Below are positions 36,663-50,704 of a stretch of DNA of 64,000 nucleotides, piece by piece. The DNA lies in NCBI RefSeq assembly GCF_018350175.1, contig NC_058368.1:138696001-138760000 (forward strand), given 5' to 3'. Under the pieces are notes generated by a model. The model was given only the letters and a program-made list of their open reading frames with translations, made no database searches and had not been told where the DNA came from. The stretch comes from Felis catus. Lineage: Eukaryota. Numbering within the stretch: position 1 is the first letter of the stretch; each line of letters begins with the position of its first letter. Both the position numbers and the translations under genes were made by a program.

Positions 36663-38330
36663 AATGTAGCTTGTACTACAACGTTGAGCGCTGTGAAGGT
36701 AAAGGGGGCTTGCAGGCCTTCACAAGTAATACTGTTCTGTGGGAAAATGCATTTAGACTTCGCTTGTCAGACGCAAGCCAGCCCCCAGCCCACCCCCGTG
36801 TCGCACCCACCCACAGAGTCCAAAGCTTACTCAGCCAGTGAAGGTGGGGGACAAATAGGCCGGGGGATCTACCCCCCCCCCCTCCTGGGACCCAGTCCAG
36901 GGCCATTCAGTCACGTATGGGAAACCTCTCGTAAGCTGTTTACAAGTCAGGGGGGAGTTTGATTCGAGCTCCGCTCAAGCTGAGAAGAAAGGGGGGGGAA
37001 CGTGTCAACAGAACGTAGGGATGGAGCTCTGTAAGAAATGGCAGAGTCTTCGAGTTAATAAATAAAGAAGACACATGCCTGGAAACGAAGCTGAAATGTG
37101 GCTTAACAGTTCTGTGCTCGGAAATTTGCCGAGCCAAAATGTCAGGGAAGCTAGTTCTTCAAGCTGTGTTCCCTGGTGTCACAGCTGCCAGACAGCACGA
37201 GATCCTCCCGAACAAATACCCCCATCTCTCCTGGGGGGTGGGGGGGGAGGAGGAAAGGAAGAAGCCAGAAGGAGAGCGCTAAATTCTGCAACTTGGGGGG
37301 CCCCTGAAGGGATTCCTGGGGATCCTCTGTGGCCCACACACCCCACCCACGTGCCTGCAGCTGAAGGGTTAGGTCCCTGTCCCACGTCCTAGGGATCCCT
37401 TGGAGATGGGCGCATGGGAAGCAGGATGCTGCTTGTGAAAAACACCCGGGGAGACCGTTGGCAGCGATGCAAAGCTTCGTGAAATCCTTAAAGCCAACAA
37501 GACCGAACAGAACAGGCCAGAGGGTACAGCCAAGAACCTGTTGTTTCTTCACCTCGTCCAGCCTCCCACAGTATGAAGTCAATCAAGTAATTGAACTACA
37601 CAAGCAACAGCCTAGGAGGGATTATGTAAATGGAGCCAGGGTAGGGTGGCAAAGCGGGTCACTTGAATTCCCTTCCAACGAGACTCCTGGCCCATCGACA
37701 GGGGGCCGTGGGGCCCTGGGGCGCAGGCTGATGAGCCACTGGGACCGCACAAAACAGAATCTCCGCCCGTGCTTGCAGAGGTTTCTCCCACCGTGACTGT
37801 GGCTGTTCCATAACAGCCAACAGGTGTGGGAGAGGCTGTGCATTGGGCTCCCTCGCTCGTTCTCCGTTAGGAGCAGAATAGCACGCTTCTCCAAGTGCTT
37901 TGAATTCTTTGGTGAGCCAGGCTCAGCAGTTACAAGGGTTGGAGACTTTTGCAAGTTACCCAGACTGGGGGGGGGGGGCTGATAGAGGGACATGAGGGGA
38001 GCAAGGAAGGTGGTACCCGGCCAGGATACAATTGGAACAGGGCTCAGGACCCAGGGTAGCTCCAGCAACCTTGGATAAAGCAGCAGCTTCAGGTGTCTGA
38101 TCTTCTTGTCCCTACAGTACCAGCTGCTGTTCCCATCACGCTAACTCGGCCCCTCTCTGTTCTGTTTCTACAGCTTCTGCAATGGCCTCAGCCATTTACC
38201 TCCTGGCTTGCACCTACTCATAGCTTCCGTTCCTCATGACCTCTGCTTACTTGTCCCCTCACTGGGCCCCTTAGCTTCTGTAGAACTCTAAAATCTTGCA
38301 TTCAAGGAGTGACTCTAAGATAAAGGGCCT

Positions 38331-38545
38331 GGGACGCCTGGGGGTCTCAGTCGGTTAAGCGTCCCATTTCGGCTCCGGTCACAATCTCCCGGTTTGTGGG
38401 TTCCAGCCCCGCGCCAGGCTCTGTGCTGACAGCTCAGAGCCTGGGGCCTGCTTCGGATTCTGTGTCTCCCTCTCTCTCTGCTCCTCCCCGCCCCCCAACA
38501 CTCTGTGTGTCTCTGTAAGAAATAAACACACAAAAAAAACATTTT
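38331..38545 (+). mobile_element. SINEC
   Basis: Head and tail present; flanking taagata(a/g)aggg. Confidence 0.9.
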
Positions 38546-41299
38546 TAAGATAGAGGGGCTGATGTAGGTCAGTTAATTCCTGAGCCGAGCATACACAGGA
38601 AAGTAATGATACTACCATAAGGGGATAGAAGTCAAACAGTACCAAACGTCCATGATTCCAGGTTTACACCTACGGTTGAAAATCACTGTGGTGAGGTTGA
38701 ATCAGGTGCAAAGGAGAGGAGCTCTGGCTCCGTCTCCGTGCTAAGCCCTCAACTAGAATTCGCTGTGTTCCCCCTGTAACCTCCTGCCATCACGACGGGG
38801 CCGCGTGTCGCACCTGTTCGCTGGCCAACCCCGTGGCGCTCCCAACCACTGGTACAAAAGCTGAGAAAGACTTTGCCGCCTTCTCTCACAGAGGAGGGGC
38901 CTTGTGGCCCTGTTCTGGCCGATGAAATCGAAAGAGAAATCCTTTGGGAACTTCTGGGAAGCTTTTCTTGGAGGAAGCAGTCCTGAAATACCGACCTTTC
39001 CTCCATTTATACCATTTTTTCCCCTAAATCCTGCTACCACCACCCCCTGCTTCTTATGAAAGAAAAACCCTATCCGGAGAGACCTCCATTGTCTTCTAAA
39101 AGCAACAAATAGGCAGGAAAATTTTTTAAGATGGTCAAGTTGTCATAAAAAGCCTGGATCCCTAATAAGTCTCTAAGCCCCTGAATCGATAGCTGCTACA
39201 TATCCAAACTGAAACAAGAAGTTATTACTCTCCCCAACTGACAGTAAAGGAAACTGAGGCACAGAATAAGCAAGTAAGAGTCTAAGATCTTAGCTACAAA
39301 AAGGCTTAGTCTGGATTCAAAAGCCAGCTTGCTGATGTCAGATTCCCAGTCATCAAGACCCACTACTCTCCAGCCAGAAGAAATCTTACAATTAAAAAGC
39401 CCATATTTGGAAAACCATTAAGGACTCTGTTGCTCCGTTCCTTTTAACTAATTGATAAAGCACATAGTGGTTAAATGCTGGGCCCAGGTCCTATTGGCTT
39501 TGCCCTCTCGCAGTATTGGGACTGAAGCCTGACTCCCCGGCCAGGGTTGTTCACATCAATTTATGCTTTACGTTGGTCTGTGCTTTCTCTCTGGAGAAAA
39601 ACAACGGACTATAAATCCTGTATGGAACCATGGTAGCTTCTATGTTTCCCTCGCTAAGGATTTATCGTCTTGACTCCTCGTGGACTTTTGAGGCTACGGA
39701 AACCAGGATAGCCGTAAAGACCATAGCTTTGTATGTCAGAACACTATCGTGTTGACCACATTATAGTTCAGTGTGTTTAGACTATATGAATCCAAAATAT
39801 TTTATGCCAGAAAATGTTACCTGAGAAGGACCATTATTAGTGGCTTTTATAATATTCACCCTGGAAGCCTGTGGCACAGCCCCTTAGGGGGGACAGTATT
39901 GCATGGCAAAGCAATGACAGACCCCATTTCTGAGGCAGTTTCTATTAAGTTGCTCAAAAAACAAAAAAAAAAACCTCTCCAATTTCCTAAGGGTCTCAAG
40001 AAAATGAAGAGTTCTGTTTACACGTCAATTTGCCATCTTTCCAAAGGGTGTTGGGCATGATGGAGACTCTGGTTTTGAAAACCAACTCTAACAATCTTTT
40101 TATTCTGTGCTCTGGCTTCTTTTCAAACATCCCTTAATGTTCCCAAAAGGCTGCCATCATCCCGTGATTGATGCGTTTCTGGAGATTCAGCTGAACTTGT
40201 CTGTTCACATTACCCAGCTGCTCAGCGCCTGTGGTTTTCACTCAGGCTCGTTACATTGGATCATTCCCTCCTTGCCCCTAAACTTCCTGGCAGTGCTCAG
40301 GAAAAATCTAGAAGGCCACTGGTACTGAGAGCCTTGCAAACTTAGCGAGGTTTGGGATAAGAAAAGGCCTCACCCTGGGAATAACATAGAATCAAGGGAG
40401 CAAATCAGAAGAACCATATGTTCATTTCTACTAGTATTCATTGAGCATTCCCACTGTGGTAAGCTCTGTGCTTAAAACTCGGATGCATTAGCCCATTTCA
40501 CGATGCCTCAAATGAATGAGTTAAGCACTAATATTATACTAATTGTATTGATCCGGAAATAAGGCTGAGCAAGATGGAGTAAGCTATAATCTTAAAGAGA
40601 AAGCAGGTAAATGCACAACACATAGGCACATACAAACTCCAAAACAAAAAATAAATCCGATGATCCAGATGTCAGGGCTCAGAGAAAAGATTGCCTTCAG
40701 ATCTCAGAGAAGATTGCGTTTTAACGAGGGTCTAGAAAATGGATAAGATTGCAACAAAAAAGAAAAAGGAAAGGGAAATCCAAGAAGACCTATGACATAA
40801 GAGATCAAAGCAGAAGAATAGGGAGCATATTTGGAAATGATGAGCCAGCCAGTTTCATAAGAGCATAAGGAGTAAATGTGTTCAGATTGGTCAGGTGGAG
40901 CATGGGTCATGGAGGACCTAGAATGTCAAGGTAAATCTGGAATTTATGAGTATCCCAGAGAGGATCCGCTTTGCCAATTGGAAAGCTAAGAAACTCCCAG
41001 TCTGACCTCAATTAAAGTGTAATTAAAGTAATTGGGGGTGGCGGTGGGGGGAGAGACGGGTGGCTGGGATCCCAGCAACCACAGAACACTTGGGCAAATA
41101 GTGAAGACCTAAACCACCCATGGTGGAAACAGTGGGGATGGAAAGATAACCACACAGAAAAGACAACTTTAGGTGTCTGGAATGATTCTGCTCCCAGAGT
41201 GCCATCGACACACACGGAGGCAGGCTCGGTGTCTGGGAGGAAACTGTGAGCAAAAAATAGCAATGTGAAGACTTTCCAGTTTAAAACGATCCCTGGGCG

Positions 41300-41722
41300 G
41301 GGGCGCCTGGGTGGCTCAGTCGGTTGAGTGTCCGACTTCCGCTCAGGTCATGATCTCATAGTTTGTGGGTTCGAGCCCCCTGTCGGGCTCTGTGCTGAAA
41401 GCTCTGAGCCTGGAGTCTGCTTTGGATTCTGTGTCTCCTCCTCTCTCTTCCCCTCCCATGCTCATGCTCTGTTTCTCTCGATCTCTCAATAATATAAAAA
41501 ATAATCCCCGGGGAGGCACCCAGGTGGCTCTGTTGGTTAAGCATCCAACTTCAGCTCTCGTCACCATCTTAAGGTTTGTGAGTTCAAGTGAGCCTGCCAC
41601 ATCGGGTTCTGTGTTGACAGGTCAGTTCCTGGAGCCTGCCTCAGATTCTGTGTGTGTGTCTCTTTCTGCCCTTCCTCCACTCAATTCTCTCTCTAAAATA
41701 TCTTTAAAAAATTTTTAATAAA
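41300..41722 (+). mobile_element. Two tandem SINECs (41300-41498 and 41511-41722)
   Basis: Two heads and tails; related target motif three times (aaaacgatccctgg, aaataatccccgg, aaaatgatccctgg). Confidence 0.9.
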
Positions 41723-43179
41723 AAAATGATCCCTGGCTAGCAGCCCCTGCCGCAACTTCTCCCAATTCCCCACTAAACGTGGCTGAAGGTAGATTAGGAG
41801 AAAGGGTGAGCGGCCAGGCTGTCATTTGCTCTCCCGAAGTGGAAAAGCACACACAAGGCGAAGAAAGTGAGGTGGGCCCTTGTCCTTGCCCACCGTCCGC
41901 CCTTTCCGGCAGGCCCAGGTTCAATGCCAGAGGGAAAACTGTGTAACTGTCCCGCTGCTGTACAGGTGTTTCTTTCTAAGGTGCCTGGCCCTCTCTTCCG
42001 CGTGGTGTCCTCTTTCCCTCATTCCAACCCACCCAGATGTCTGTCCCATCTATGGACTGACCACAATGATCAGGGAGCTGAAGGGATGTACCTGATGCTT
42101 CATATCCTAGGGACTGGAGCCCTGACACTGAAGCCAGATCGCAAGAAAGAAGGCTGTATGGAGTTGAACAGCAGTGCCTGCTCAAGTTGTACGTTCTCCG
42201 AGCCCCTGGGCTTCAGAGTGCCGGAGAAATCCAGCAAGGAGGTGAGAAGATCCCATTTGTACATGGCAGAGCCGCAAAAATCTGTTGGCAAACCTTGAAT
42301 CCAGAGGGAACTTGTCTAATCTGCGGGTTAGAAAACAGTAAGTGGCACAGGGAGGCCTATGAAAAAAGGGCCAAAGCTCAAGAGAAAGAGAACAATACCC
42401 TAAAGATCCAGAAGATGCACGCACCTTTGAGAATGATTGACTCTTCGTAACAAAGTATTATGAAATGTTCTGTATCTTCACTAGGATCTAAGAACTTAGG
42501 GCCTCTTAGAAGCAGGCGCAGAATGCCAAGCAGCTCAACTGCAAGAGCGTGAGCAAATGAAAAGGCAACTAGATGCAGTGGGGGGAGCCAGGGGAGCTGG
42601 GGGCAGGAATTAAAATGCAAGACCTCCCTGAAGACGGTGAAACAGACACTGGGAGCTCAAGTCCGTCGTGTGCAGAATGCACCTGAGAAGCTCTCCCAGA
42701 GAACAGGGAAAAGGTGGAGGCAGAAGAGGGAGGCAAAAAAAATGTGCTGGTATTTTAAGTCAAAAAAAAAAAAAAAACATGTGCAGAGGATGAAGAAAAG
42801 AAATTCAATCAACAAATGATGGTTGTCCATAAAAGCCAGACACAAATGCTGTAGGACCGAGGCCGGGAGCACACGTAGAAATGGCAGTCTGCAAAGGTAA
42901 ATTTCTCCTACAGGAAATTGGCTTCATTTCCCTGTGTCTAAGGGTTGTTGTCTCTAAAATGGGGTGTGAAAACAATAGAGTTTTTATTCAGAATGTGAGG
43001 TGCCTGGCGCCTGGTCTGGTGTCTAGAAAATGCTAAGTAACATCGATCGTCCCTTATTGTCACCCTGTAAATAGCTCACACGAATCGATAAGCAAAGTTA
43101 AGTAAACAAATAACGGAAAGCCTGAAGAGTTCATCCGTGCAAGAACTACCAATAGCCTATAAGCATAAAAACACATTAT

Positions 43180-43370
43180 CAAGAGACTGTTAAAAACTGA
43201 GAACAAACTGAGGGTTGATGGGGGGTGGGAGGGAGGGGAGGGTGGGTGATGGGTATTGAGGGCACCTTTTGGAATGAGCACTGGGTGTTGTATGGAAACC
43301 AATTTGACAATAAATTTCATATATTGAAAATAAATAAAAGAATATTGACCACCACCACCAACAACAACAA
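43180..43370 (+). mobile_element. 5'-truncated young felid L1 (3' UTR only)
   Basis: aaaactgagaacaaactgagggttgatggggg...gagcactgggtgttgtatggaaaccaatttgacaataaa; TSD aaaaacacattatca. Confidence 0.9.
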
Positions 43371-43515
43371 AAAACACATTATCAGTTCTTTCCCTCTTTA
43401 ACGATCATGCTCTGTGTTGATAAAGAGCTACTAGAAGCTCTCCCCACCTTGCCGGTGACCCTTTAAATTGGTTCAACCTTTCAGTTGATCAAAAAGATGA
43501 AAATGGTTACACTCC

Positions 43516-43916
43516 TGGTATGGGCTGCATTGTGTGTCCCCCACCAAAATCGATGTGTTCAAGCCCTAACCACTGCCCCCTCCTCCTCCTCCCCATAACA
43601 CTGCATTTGGAGATCAGGCCAATGAGGGGGTGACAAAGGCTAAATGAGGTTACAAGGGTGGGATCCCAACCCAAAAGGTGGAGTTTTGACAAGAAGAGGA
43701 AGAGTTTTGTCATGCAAGGACATGTGGGGGAAAAAACAAAAAACAAAAAACACCATCTACAAGCCGAGAAGCACACTCTCACCAGAAACTGAATCGACCA
43801 TTTGGCACTTTTGATTTGAGCTTTCCAGCTCCCAGCATCGTGAGAAAATCCATTTCTGTTGTGTAAGCCCCCCAATCCATGATATTCTCTCATGGCAGCC
43901 CTAGCAGGCTAATACA
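43516..43916 (+). mobile_element. MLT1A-like MaLR solo LTR
   Basis: tatgggctgcattgtgtgtcccc...atttggagat...aaatgagg...tttctgttgtgtaagcc...atggcagccctagcaggctaataca. Confidence 0.88.
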
Positions 43917-43924
43917 ATCCTTTA

Positions 43925-44325
43925 AGCTGAATTTCCGTTTATAGGAGTCTATCCTAAGGAAATAGTCGGTGAGGTTGACAAGAATTTATGGATGTGTCCT
44001 ATGGCATTATTGGAGTAGTTAAAAATAACCTAAATGTCCAACGATAGAGGAATCTTTAGAAAAAATGCAAAGTGCCTATTTAGCAACCATTAAAGCCAGG
44101 ATTTTAAGCCTATTTGGTGATATAGGAAAATGATTGACATACACTTAAAAAATCAGTAGAGAAAACAATACCTGATCCCTATTTTGTCAAATAATGTATT
44201 TATCAAGTACCAAAAATATTAACAGTAATCGTCTCTCTGAAGGTGAGATTACAAGTAAGAATTTTAGTTTTTAAGACGCTCTATATCTCCAATCTGTATT
44301 TTTACAATCATAAAATACTTTAAAA
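43925..44325 (+). mobile_element. Old L1ME-type 3' fragment
   Basis: ataggagtctatcctaaggaaata...aacctaaatgtccaacgatagagg...ttaacagtaatcgtctct...gagattaca. Confidence 0.7.
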
Positions 44326-44388
44326 AACAAAGCACGTGGATCCTACTTCTGTCACTGGTTTAGAATAGCCTTTAAAGAAAGCTTTGTT

Positions 44389-44538
44389 GGGATGCCTGGG
44401 TGGCTCAGTTGGTTGAGTGTTCAACTTCAGCTCAGGTCATGATCTCACGGTTTGTGAATTCGAGCCCCACATTGGGCTCTGTGCTGACAGCTCAAAGCCT
44501 GGAGCCTACTTTGGATTCTGTGTCTCCCTCTATCTCTG

Positions 44539-44601
<63 letters not shown>

Positions 44602-44628
44602 AGTAAATAAACATTAATGAATAAAAAT
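44389..44628 (+). mobile_element. SINEC with expanded (CT)n microsatellite
   Basis: Head, long perfect CT run at about 44545-44598, aataaa tail. Confidence 0.93.
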
Positions 44629-45186
44629 AAAGCCTCGTTTCTTCATGTTATGCTTGTTTCCTGCCTATAAAGTTGTAGAAATATTATCGTTCACCTGCAT
44701 TCATAAAATAAATTATAAAGAAATTGTCGCTACAGGATGCTGGCATGGTTACTTTGTTAGTAACTTCTGAATTATCTTTTATCCACCGTCCCCAAACAAA
44801 TGTGTTGGGTTCTAATCATAGAACCCCTGGATGGAAACCAAACAGAATTCTTGCTTTTGTCTTTCAGATGCATCAGTGCAAAATCACACTCAGCTCCTTG
44901 GAATTTCAAGTGTTGAAAGAAGTAAACATGTTTAAAAAAAAAATTTTACCAACATGAAAAATATTTTATGGAAGAAAGAAGAAACTTGGTCTATACTGTT
45001 GAATGACAATCAAAGAGAGCAGGCTAGGAGAAGGAAGATTCTGATGCAGAACCAAGAAGTCCTGAGAGTTTCCTTGCCAAGTAGTGAGCCCTCCACTGCT
45101 TGTTTGGAAAAGGGGAAAAAGCACAAAAGTAAATTCTATATTAAATTGGAAGCAAACTAAAAGCTGGACTGGATAACATTTCAGGC

Positions 45187-45293
45187 AAAATAACCATATA
45201 ACTTGAGGTCCAAACTGGTCATGTTTGGGAGAAGAAAGGCAACATTAATTACTACTGAGACAAGGGTACCCTAATTAAATGTATGGTCACCCT
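45187..45293. mobile_element. MER94-like hAT-Blackjack MITE
   Basis: taaccatataacttgaggtccaaactgg...attaattactact...gtatggtcaccct; degenerate terminal inverted repeats. Confidence 0.6.
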
Positions 45294-48200
45294 GCTCTTG
45301 GGTTTCTTCTAACTCTTAAGCATTAAATGAAATTCTACATTCATAAATCTTAAGTCTTTAATCTATGTTTCAATGGCTAAATTCTTCCAACATCTACGTT
45401 TTAATGGCTTAACGGCTTAATGTAATGGTCAGACATTCTGGTGCATAACAACCTTTCTCTGAAAAGATGGGGATGGGAGATAGAAATGCTGAATTTGCCT
45501 AATAATTGGCCCTTGGAGAAAAGTTAATTGGAAGCCTACAAAGCATAGGGCACTGGCAACCCCAGAATTACTTTGCCCTGCAGTTAGCATACCTAGATGA
45601 TTACTAGTTGGATATTTGAGTGTTTCCTAAGCATAGCTGGAATGTGTGGCTCTGATTTGTTTTCCAGCTGGAAATGTTACAGAAACAGGAAGACTTTTGC
45701 TTTTGTGTGTCTTGTTGTATCCTGCCTCTGTTTGGCAGGAGCTCTGGTCTGATGCTCCTGTACATCACTTCCGCTTTGCTCTGGGCTCAACAAAAGTGAT
45801 TTAGAATGAGCTCTAGCAACAGCCATCGAATCCCTCCAGCAATGGATGGGCCCACTTACAAGTTGATTCCATGTGGTTTATTGTCTATCAATGACTACAG
45901 GGTCTTCAGTAGGAAAGGTGTGAGAGAGAAGAGGTAGGGGGTAGGCTGTTGTAGACCCCCATTGATGTCCTATGATTTTTACGGATTTCTTCCTCTTCTG
46001 AATATCCCCATTGGTCTACCAAAAATACCATTGGGCTAAGTCCTCCTATTTCTATAATTTCGTTATGACAACGTGGAAATTCTTTTTATCTTCTTGTGTG
46101 TCCTCGGGGCTTGGCCCAGTACATGTTAGGAGGAATGGTGATGTGTTAGTGATGATAGTGGCAATTAAAATGGCTATTTTTTTTCAAGGGAGGTTATGGT
46201 TTGCCATTAACAGAAAGAGAAGGGCTGCCAAGAGGTGAATTTTGAGGGAGGAGTCAGTCTAGTAATAACCCAAAGATGCTATCAAAGGCAGACCAAGCCG
46301 GGGCTGCACAGCAACACTAGTGAGCAGGTGGGAGGTACTGGGCCCATGACGGGAAAGGGAAAAATCTAGAAAGTGGAGAAGACTCTCAAGTGGAGACTGA
46401 ACAGAGCGAAAGACAAGTCATACCTGGTTACAAATTCTGCCTGAAGCTTGGAAAATATGCAGAGGGAACAAAGGTCATCCTTGACCTAAACAGAGAACCA
46501 GGTCACATTTCTAAAAACCAAGAGTATGAGCTCTTTCCAAAAAGTCATGTATGTCCATTAACAAGCTTAAATTCCAAGAAAAGAGTAGATGTTGTTGGGC
46601 ATCGTTATTAAGCTCTAGCCGTTGGGAAGCTGGGGAGAATAAAGTGTGCAAGTTGTCGACAAGCTAACGATGGTATCTTCTATCTTTGCACTTTTAAGAA
46701 AACCAGCATGCTTTTTTGGGTGATTGTAACGTCAATCCTCCATCAAGCTCCTCACCAGAATCAAAAGCAGAGAGATTTCACATCAGCAAAACTCAGATAT
46801 TCCACGGTCACTCTAGACCACTTAAATCAGCCTTCTCTCTGAAGCTTTCAGAATGTCCGCCAATAAGACCACAACACCAAAAGTTCCTGGAATGAAGCCA
46901 AACTATCAGTTGCAGAATAATGTCCATCCCTGAACACCCCCACAAGAGATGAACTCAAAGGAGAGAGAACAGCAGTAACCAGAGGAGAGCATTAGGGCAG
47001 GTACATGTTGCAATGCCAAAGTTGCCCTTCCCAGGTGCCTAAGCACAATTTCATGCAGCTCAAAGTAGCCAGATACCTCTGGAACCTGAGTACCCTGGGC
47101 AGACCGGCAGAAAGCTCCAGAAATGGGTCCTATATAGCGCTCGGGCAAAGGCTGTGGAGTATCCAAAAACTCCAGCAGGAAAGGTAAAAATAACCTGTCA
47201 TGACATGCTGTTGCACACAGATGCCATTCCAACAAACTGAACAACAACCTACACGAGAGTGTCCTCTTAGGAAAGCTCAGTGTACCCCTTGCACTAACCA
47301 CAGATGGAACTATCCTTAGAAAGAACATCAACAGATAAAGAGTATCATTAAATATTGCCTTCTCTGGTACAAAGATCACTGTAGTAGGCGTCAGGAGATT
47401 TTGACTTTGCCACCAACTGGACATATGACCCTGGTTACTTTTCTCAATTTATATGCCCACATCAACAAAATCACAGCTTCCTTCCCAGTTCCAATTAAGT
47501 CATGCACACAGGAGTATTTGAGTATTGAATGAGATAACTACTCTGAAATTTATGTGGGCAAAGAAAGTAACATTCAAACGTAAGGTACTGTTATAATTTA
47601 TCTGAAGGCAGTTTTGGAGGATAACAGTAAACTAAATAATGTGCTCAAAGAGGCAAAACAAAATCCTTGCTAACGTTCCCAGACAAAACAAATTCCGATC
47701 ATTTGCCTTTTAAACAATGCCTATCACCATGACAAGAGCCTTGCCAATTTGTCTTCAGAACAACCCTATTTACCACTTAAGGCTCGGGCAATAAGGCTGG
47801 AATGGACGAGTCCCTTTACTCTGGGCTTCCCATCCCACCCCGCCCTCCCCAGGGCTGTAAACGGAAGTGTGTAAGTGTAACTGCCAGCAAATACACAGAC
47901 AGGAGAAGTACCAGATTCTGGTAGACGGTTACCTCCCTCTCACCAGCTCCCACAATCCAAGAGTTTTCTGACACTTGCATTGTGAAGCAGTGTCAAGACA
48001 TCAAACACATTTTTTTTTTAATGCAGTACTGTTATCCTGTTATCTTCAACAGTTTTTACTCATTTCTACTCCGCTTCCATAATTGAATAGCAAAGAAAAA
48101 ATGTATTCATGCCTCCGTGGATCTGGGAGAAAAAAAAAAAAAAGGCAGTTCCACTAAGGCAGCCTGCGTTTAAGCAAACCAGAGAGTGCTGATAGAAAAT

Positions 48201-49044
48201 TCTAGGCCCTAGAAGAACTTGAGAATGCATGCGTTCTGCCTCTACAAAGACCAGCTGCTCCAAGCCATCCATTGGTTGGCATAACTTGCACTGAGCTACT
48301 GGCACAAACATTTTAGCTCTAAAAGTTTCCTTTGGTTCTATCTTTAGGCTGTATCACCCATTTAAAAGACCAGGAATCAGCCCCTAAAACTGAACTCTGC
48401 AAACTTGAAACTAACGAATATCCTTTTTTAAAAGCTCTCAAGAAAATAAAATGGATTAGGCAGGAAAATTTTGTAAATGGAAACTATTGCATATACAGAG
48501 TCTGGAGCAATCCAGGACATTTTAAACCAGAAAGCAGATGGGATAAGAGCAATATAAATTAGTGTAACTGTATTTTGCCAAATGCAAAATGACTCTAACT
48601 CCAAGCAGCACTTTTTCTCCCCAACTTGTTGATGGCCTATATATTGGTTTTTAATTACCAGCGGGTAGAGTTGGTGAGATGTTGGGAGTTAGAATCCTAG
48701 AATCTAAAGGTCTAAGGGACACCAAGTTTGGCCAAACCACCCATGGATTATCAAACTAAGAAAACAAGCAAATAAAATACATGCAAAATATTTGCGTTGG
48801 AAATATTTATGGTATATACAAATATGGTATATAAGTCAATTAAGAAAAACTACGCATGTGGCAATTTCTAAGAAATGCCCTGCAAAGAGAAGGTATGTTC
48901 ATAATGAAGAGAAGGGCAAAACTTTGTAACCAGTGCTTCCTGGCCTTGGATCTGCCAACATGACCTCCATCTTGTCTCTTGGACATCTTGGCAGCATCCC
49001 AATGGAGGAGTCTTGGCCTCTGGGTGTCAAGTCTAAGCCACTCC

Positions 49045-49248
49045 TTTTTTCTTGTCTAATTTTTTTAATTTTTTTGAGAGACAGAGATAAATCATGGGGG
49101 GGGGGGGGGAGACACACAGAATCTGAAGCAGGCTCCAGGCTCTGAGCTGTCAGCACAGAGCCCAACACAACATGGGGCTTGAACCCACAAACCGAGTTTG
49201 TGCTGTGCTGAAGGTGGACGCTTAACCAACTGAGTCACCCAGGCGCCC
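49045..49248 (-). mobile_element. SINEC (older)
   Basis: Head cacccaggcgcccc; TSD aagtc(t/c)aagcc(a/g)ctc. Confidence 0.9.
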
Positions 49249-50599
49249 CAAGTCCAAGCCGCTCTTAATCCTGATTCAGTCCTCTCTAGGCCATCAAGCC
49301 AAGCTCAGGAAGATTTGTCCAAATGACACTGGTTGGAGTAAATCAACTGCATCATAGTAGAGCAAACTAACGAGGTATCTAATTTATGAAGGAATGAGGG
49401 AGGGATTGACAAACTTCTCACTGCAGTACAGAGAACCCGATTACTTCTCAATGAATCTGTCCCTTCTCCAAATTCCTGCAAAGGTGCCCAGGCCTGGAGC
49501 TATTTCCCTGAGCAGGGATATGATCTGACCAGCAGCGTTCTTCAACCAGGGCAGCCTGAGGGGAATTCAGTGCTCTAGTAAATTCACACCGTTGACTCCC
49601 TGGGCCACTGACTAGCAAGACTTCTATTTGGACAGAGACTCTTGCCCAGTATCCTAAACCGTGGCTGGCTCAGGTTGTCAGAGTCCAAGTTGTTAATGAC
49701 AAGTCACTTTTAGAGGGTGGATGATGATCGTGGAATGAAGATTTCCCCTGCACCTGCAGTCTCTCTTGCCAACCACACACCATAGAACTGCATGTTCATG
49801 GTACAACGGAAGCACTACAAGGTGTTTGCTGCGTTCTTATTTTTCTTGGACATACAAGACCTCTATACTCTTATCTCTGCCACAAAGCCCTCTTCGCACC
49901 CCTTGCCCCGTCTTCGATCTCCTGCCAGCTGCTACTCTCGGGTAGCAAAGCTCAGGAAGAAATGAGCATCTGGAAATAGGTTAATTCTGCATGGAAGTAG
50001 AGGATGCGAGCAGAAATTAGAGACTGCCAACTGGAGACACGTGCTCATTACTGCGTTTAACACACAGCCACAGCACGATACGGCATGAGTGAGGAAGAAG
50101 GCTCAGAGACCCACAGGGGTGACCAGGGAAGGTGCTCTCCAGCCCAGACTCAAACACAGCAGGCACCATCGGAGGGAATTGGGAGAGCCAAGCCAGGGAA
50201 GTGACCCTGGCTGAATGAACTCCAGTGTTGAAGGGCGTGTGCCCTGATACCACAGGGAAGGTGAGAGGGCTCAGAATCGCCAGTCGCTGTAGAGCAAAGC
50301 TTCCCTTCTCATTTCATCTCTGGACAGCTCTGAAAAAGGACCAAAGGTCGAGTCTTCCCACGTTTCCTTTCTGGGATTCTGAAAGACGGTGATTCCAATG
50401 CAACGCCCGTGTGTGCAAGCACTCAGTTGGGTGCCAAGGGAATGCAAAGACGTGGACTCCTTTCCATTCGTAAACCAAATTCGTGTTCTGGGACCACTTC
50501 TGAAGCTCCGAGGGTCCATACTCGGCCCAGTGGCCTTAGCCTGCCGTGAGCCTCTGTGCTTTGCTGCTCAACGGGCTTCTCTGCAGCTACTTCTGGAAT

Positions 50600-50704
50600 C
50601 AGCAGGTGCGGTCCACCCCTGGAGCGTCCAGGAAGCTGGGCAGCTGCAGACACTTCAGGTGGCTTCACTTGGCAGGATCATTCTTACCATGACAAACCTG
50701 TACA
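50600..50704 (-). other. Candidate terminal exon (5' boundary only; downstream end undefined)
   Basis: Minus strand ctaac (branch-like) acttggtcctcctttaAG|tgtacag. Confidence 0.2.
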
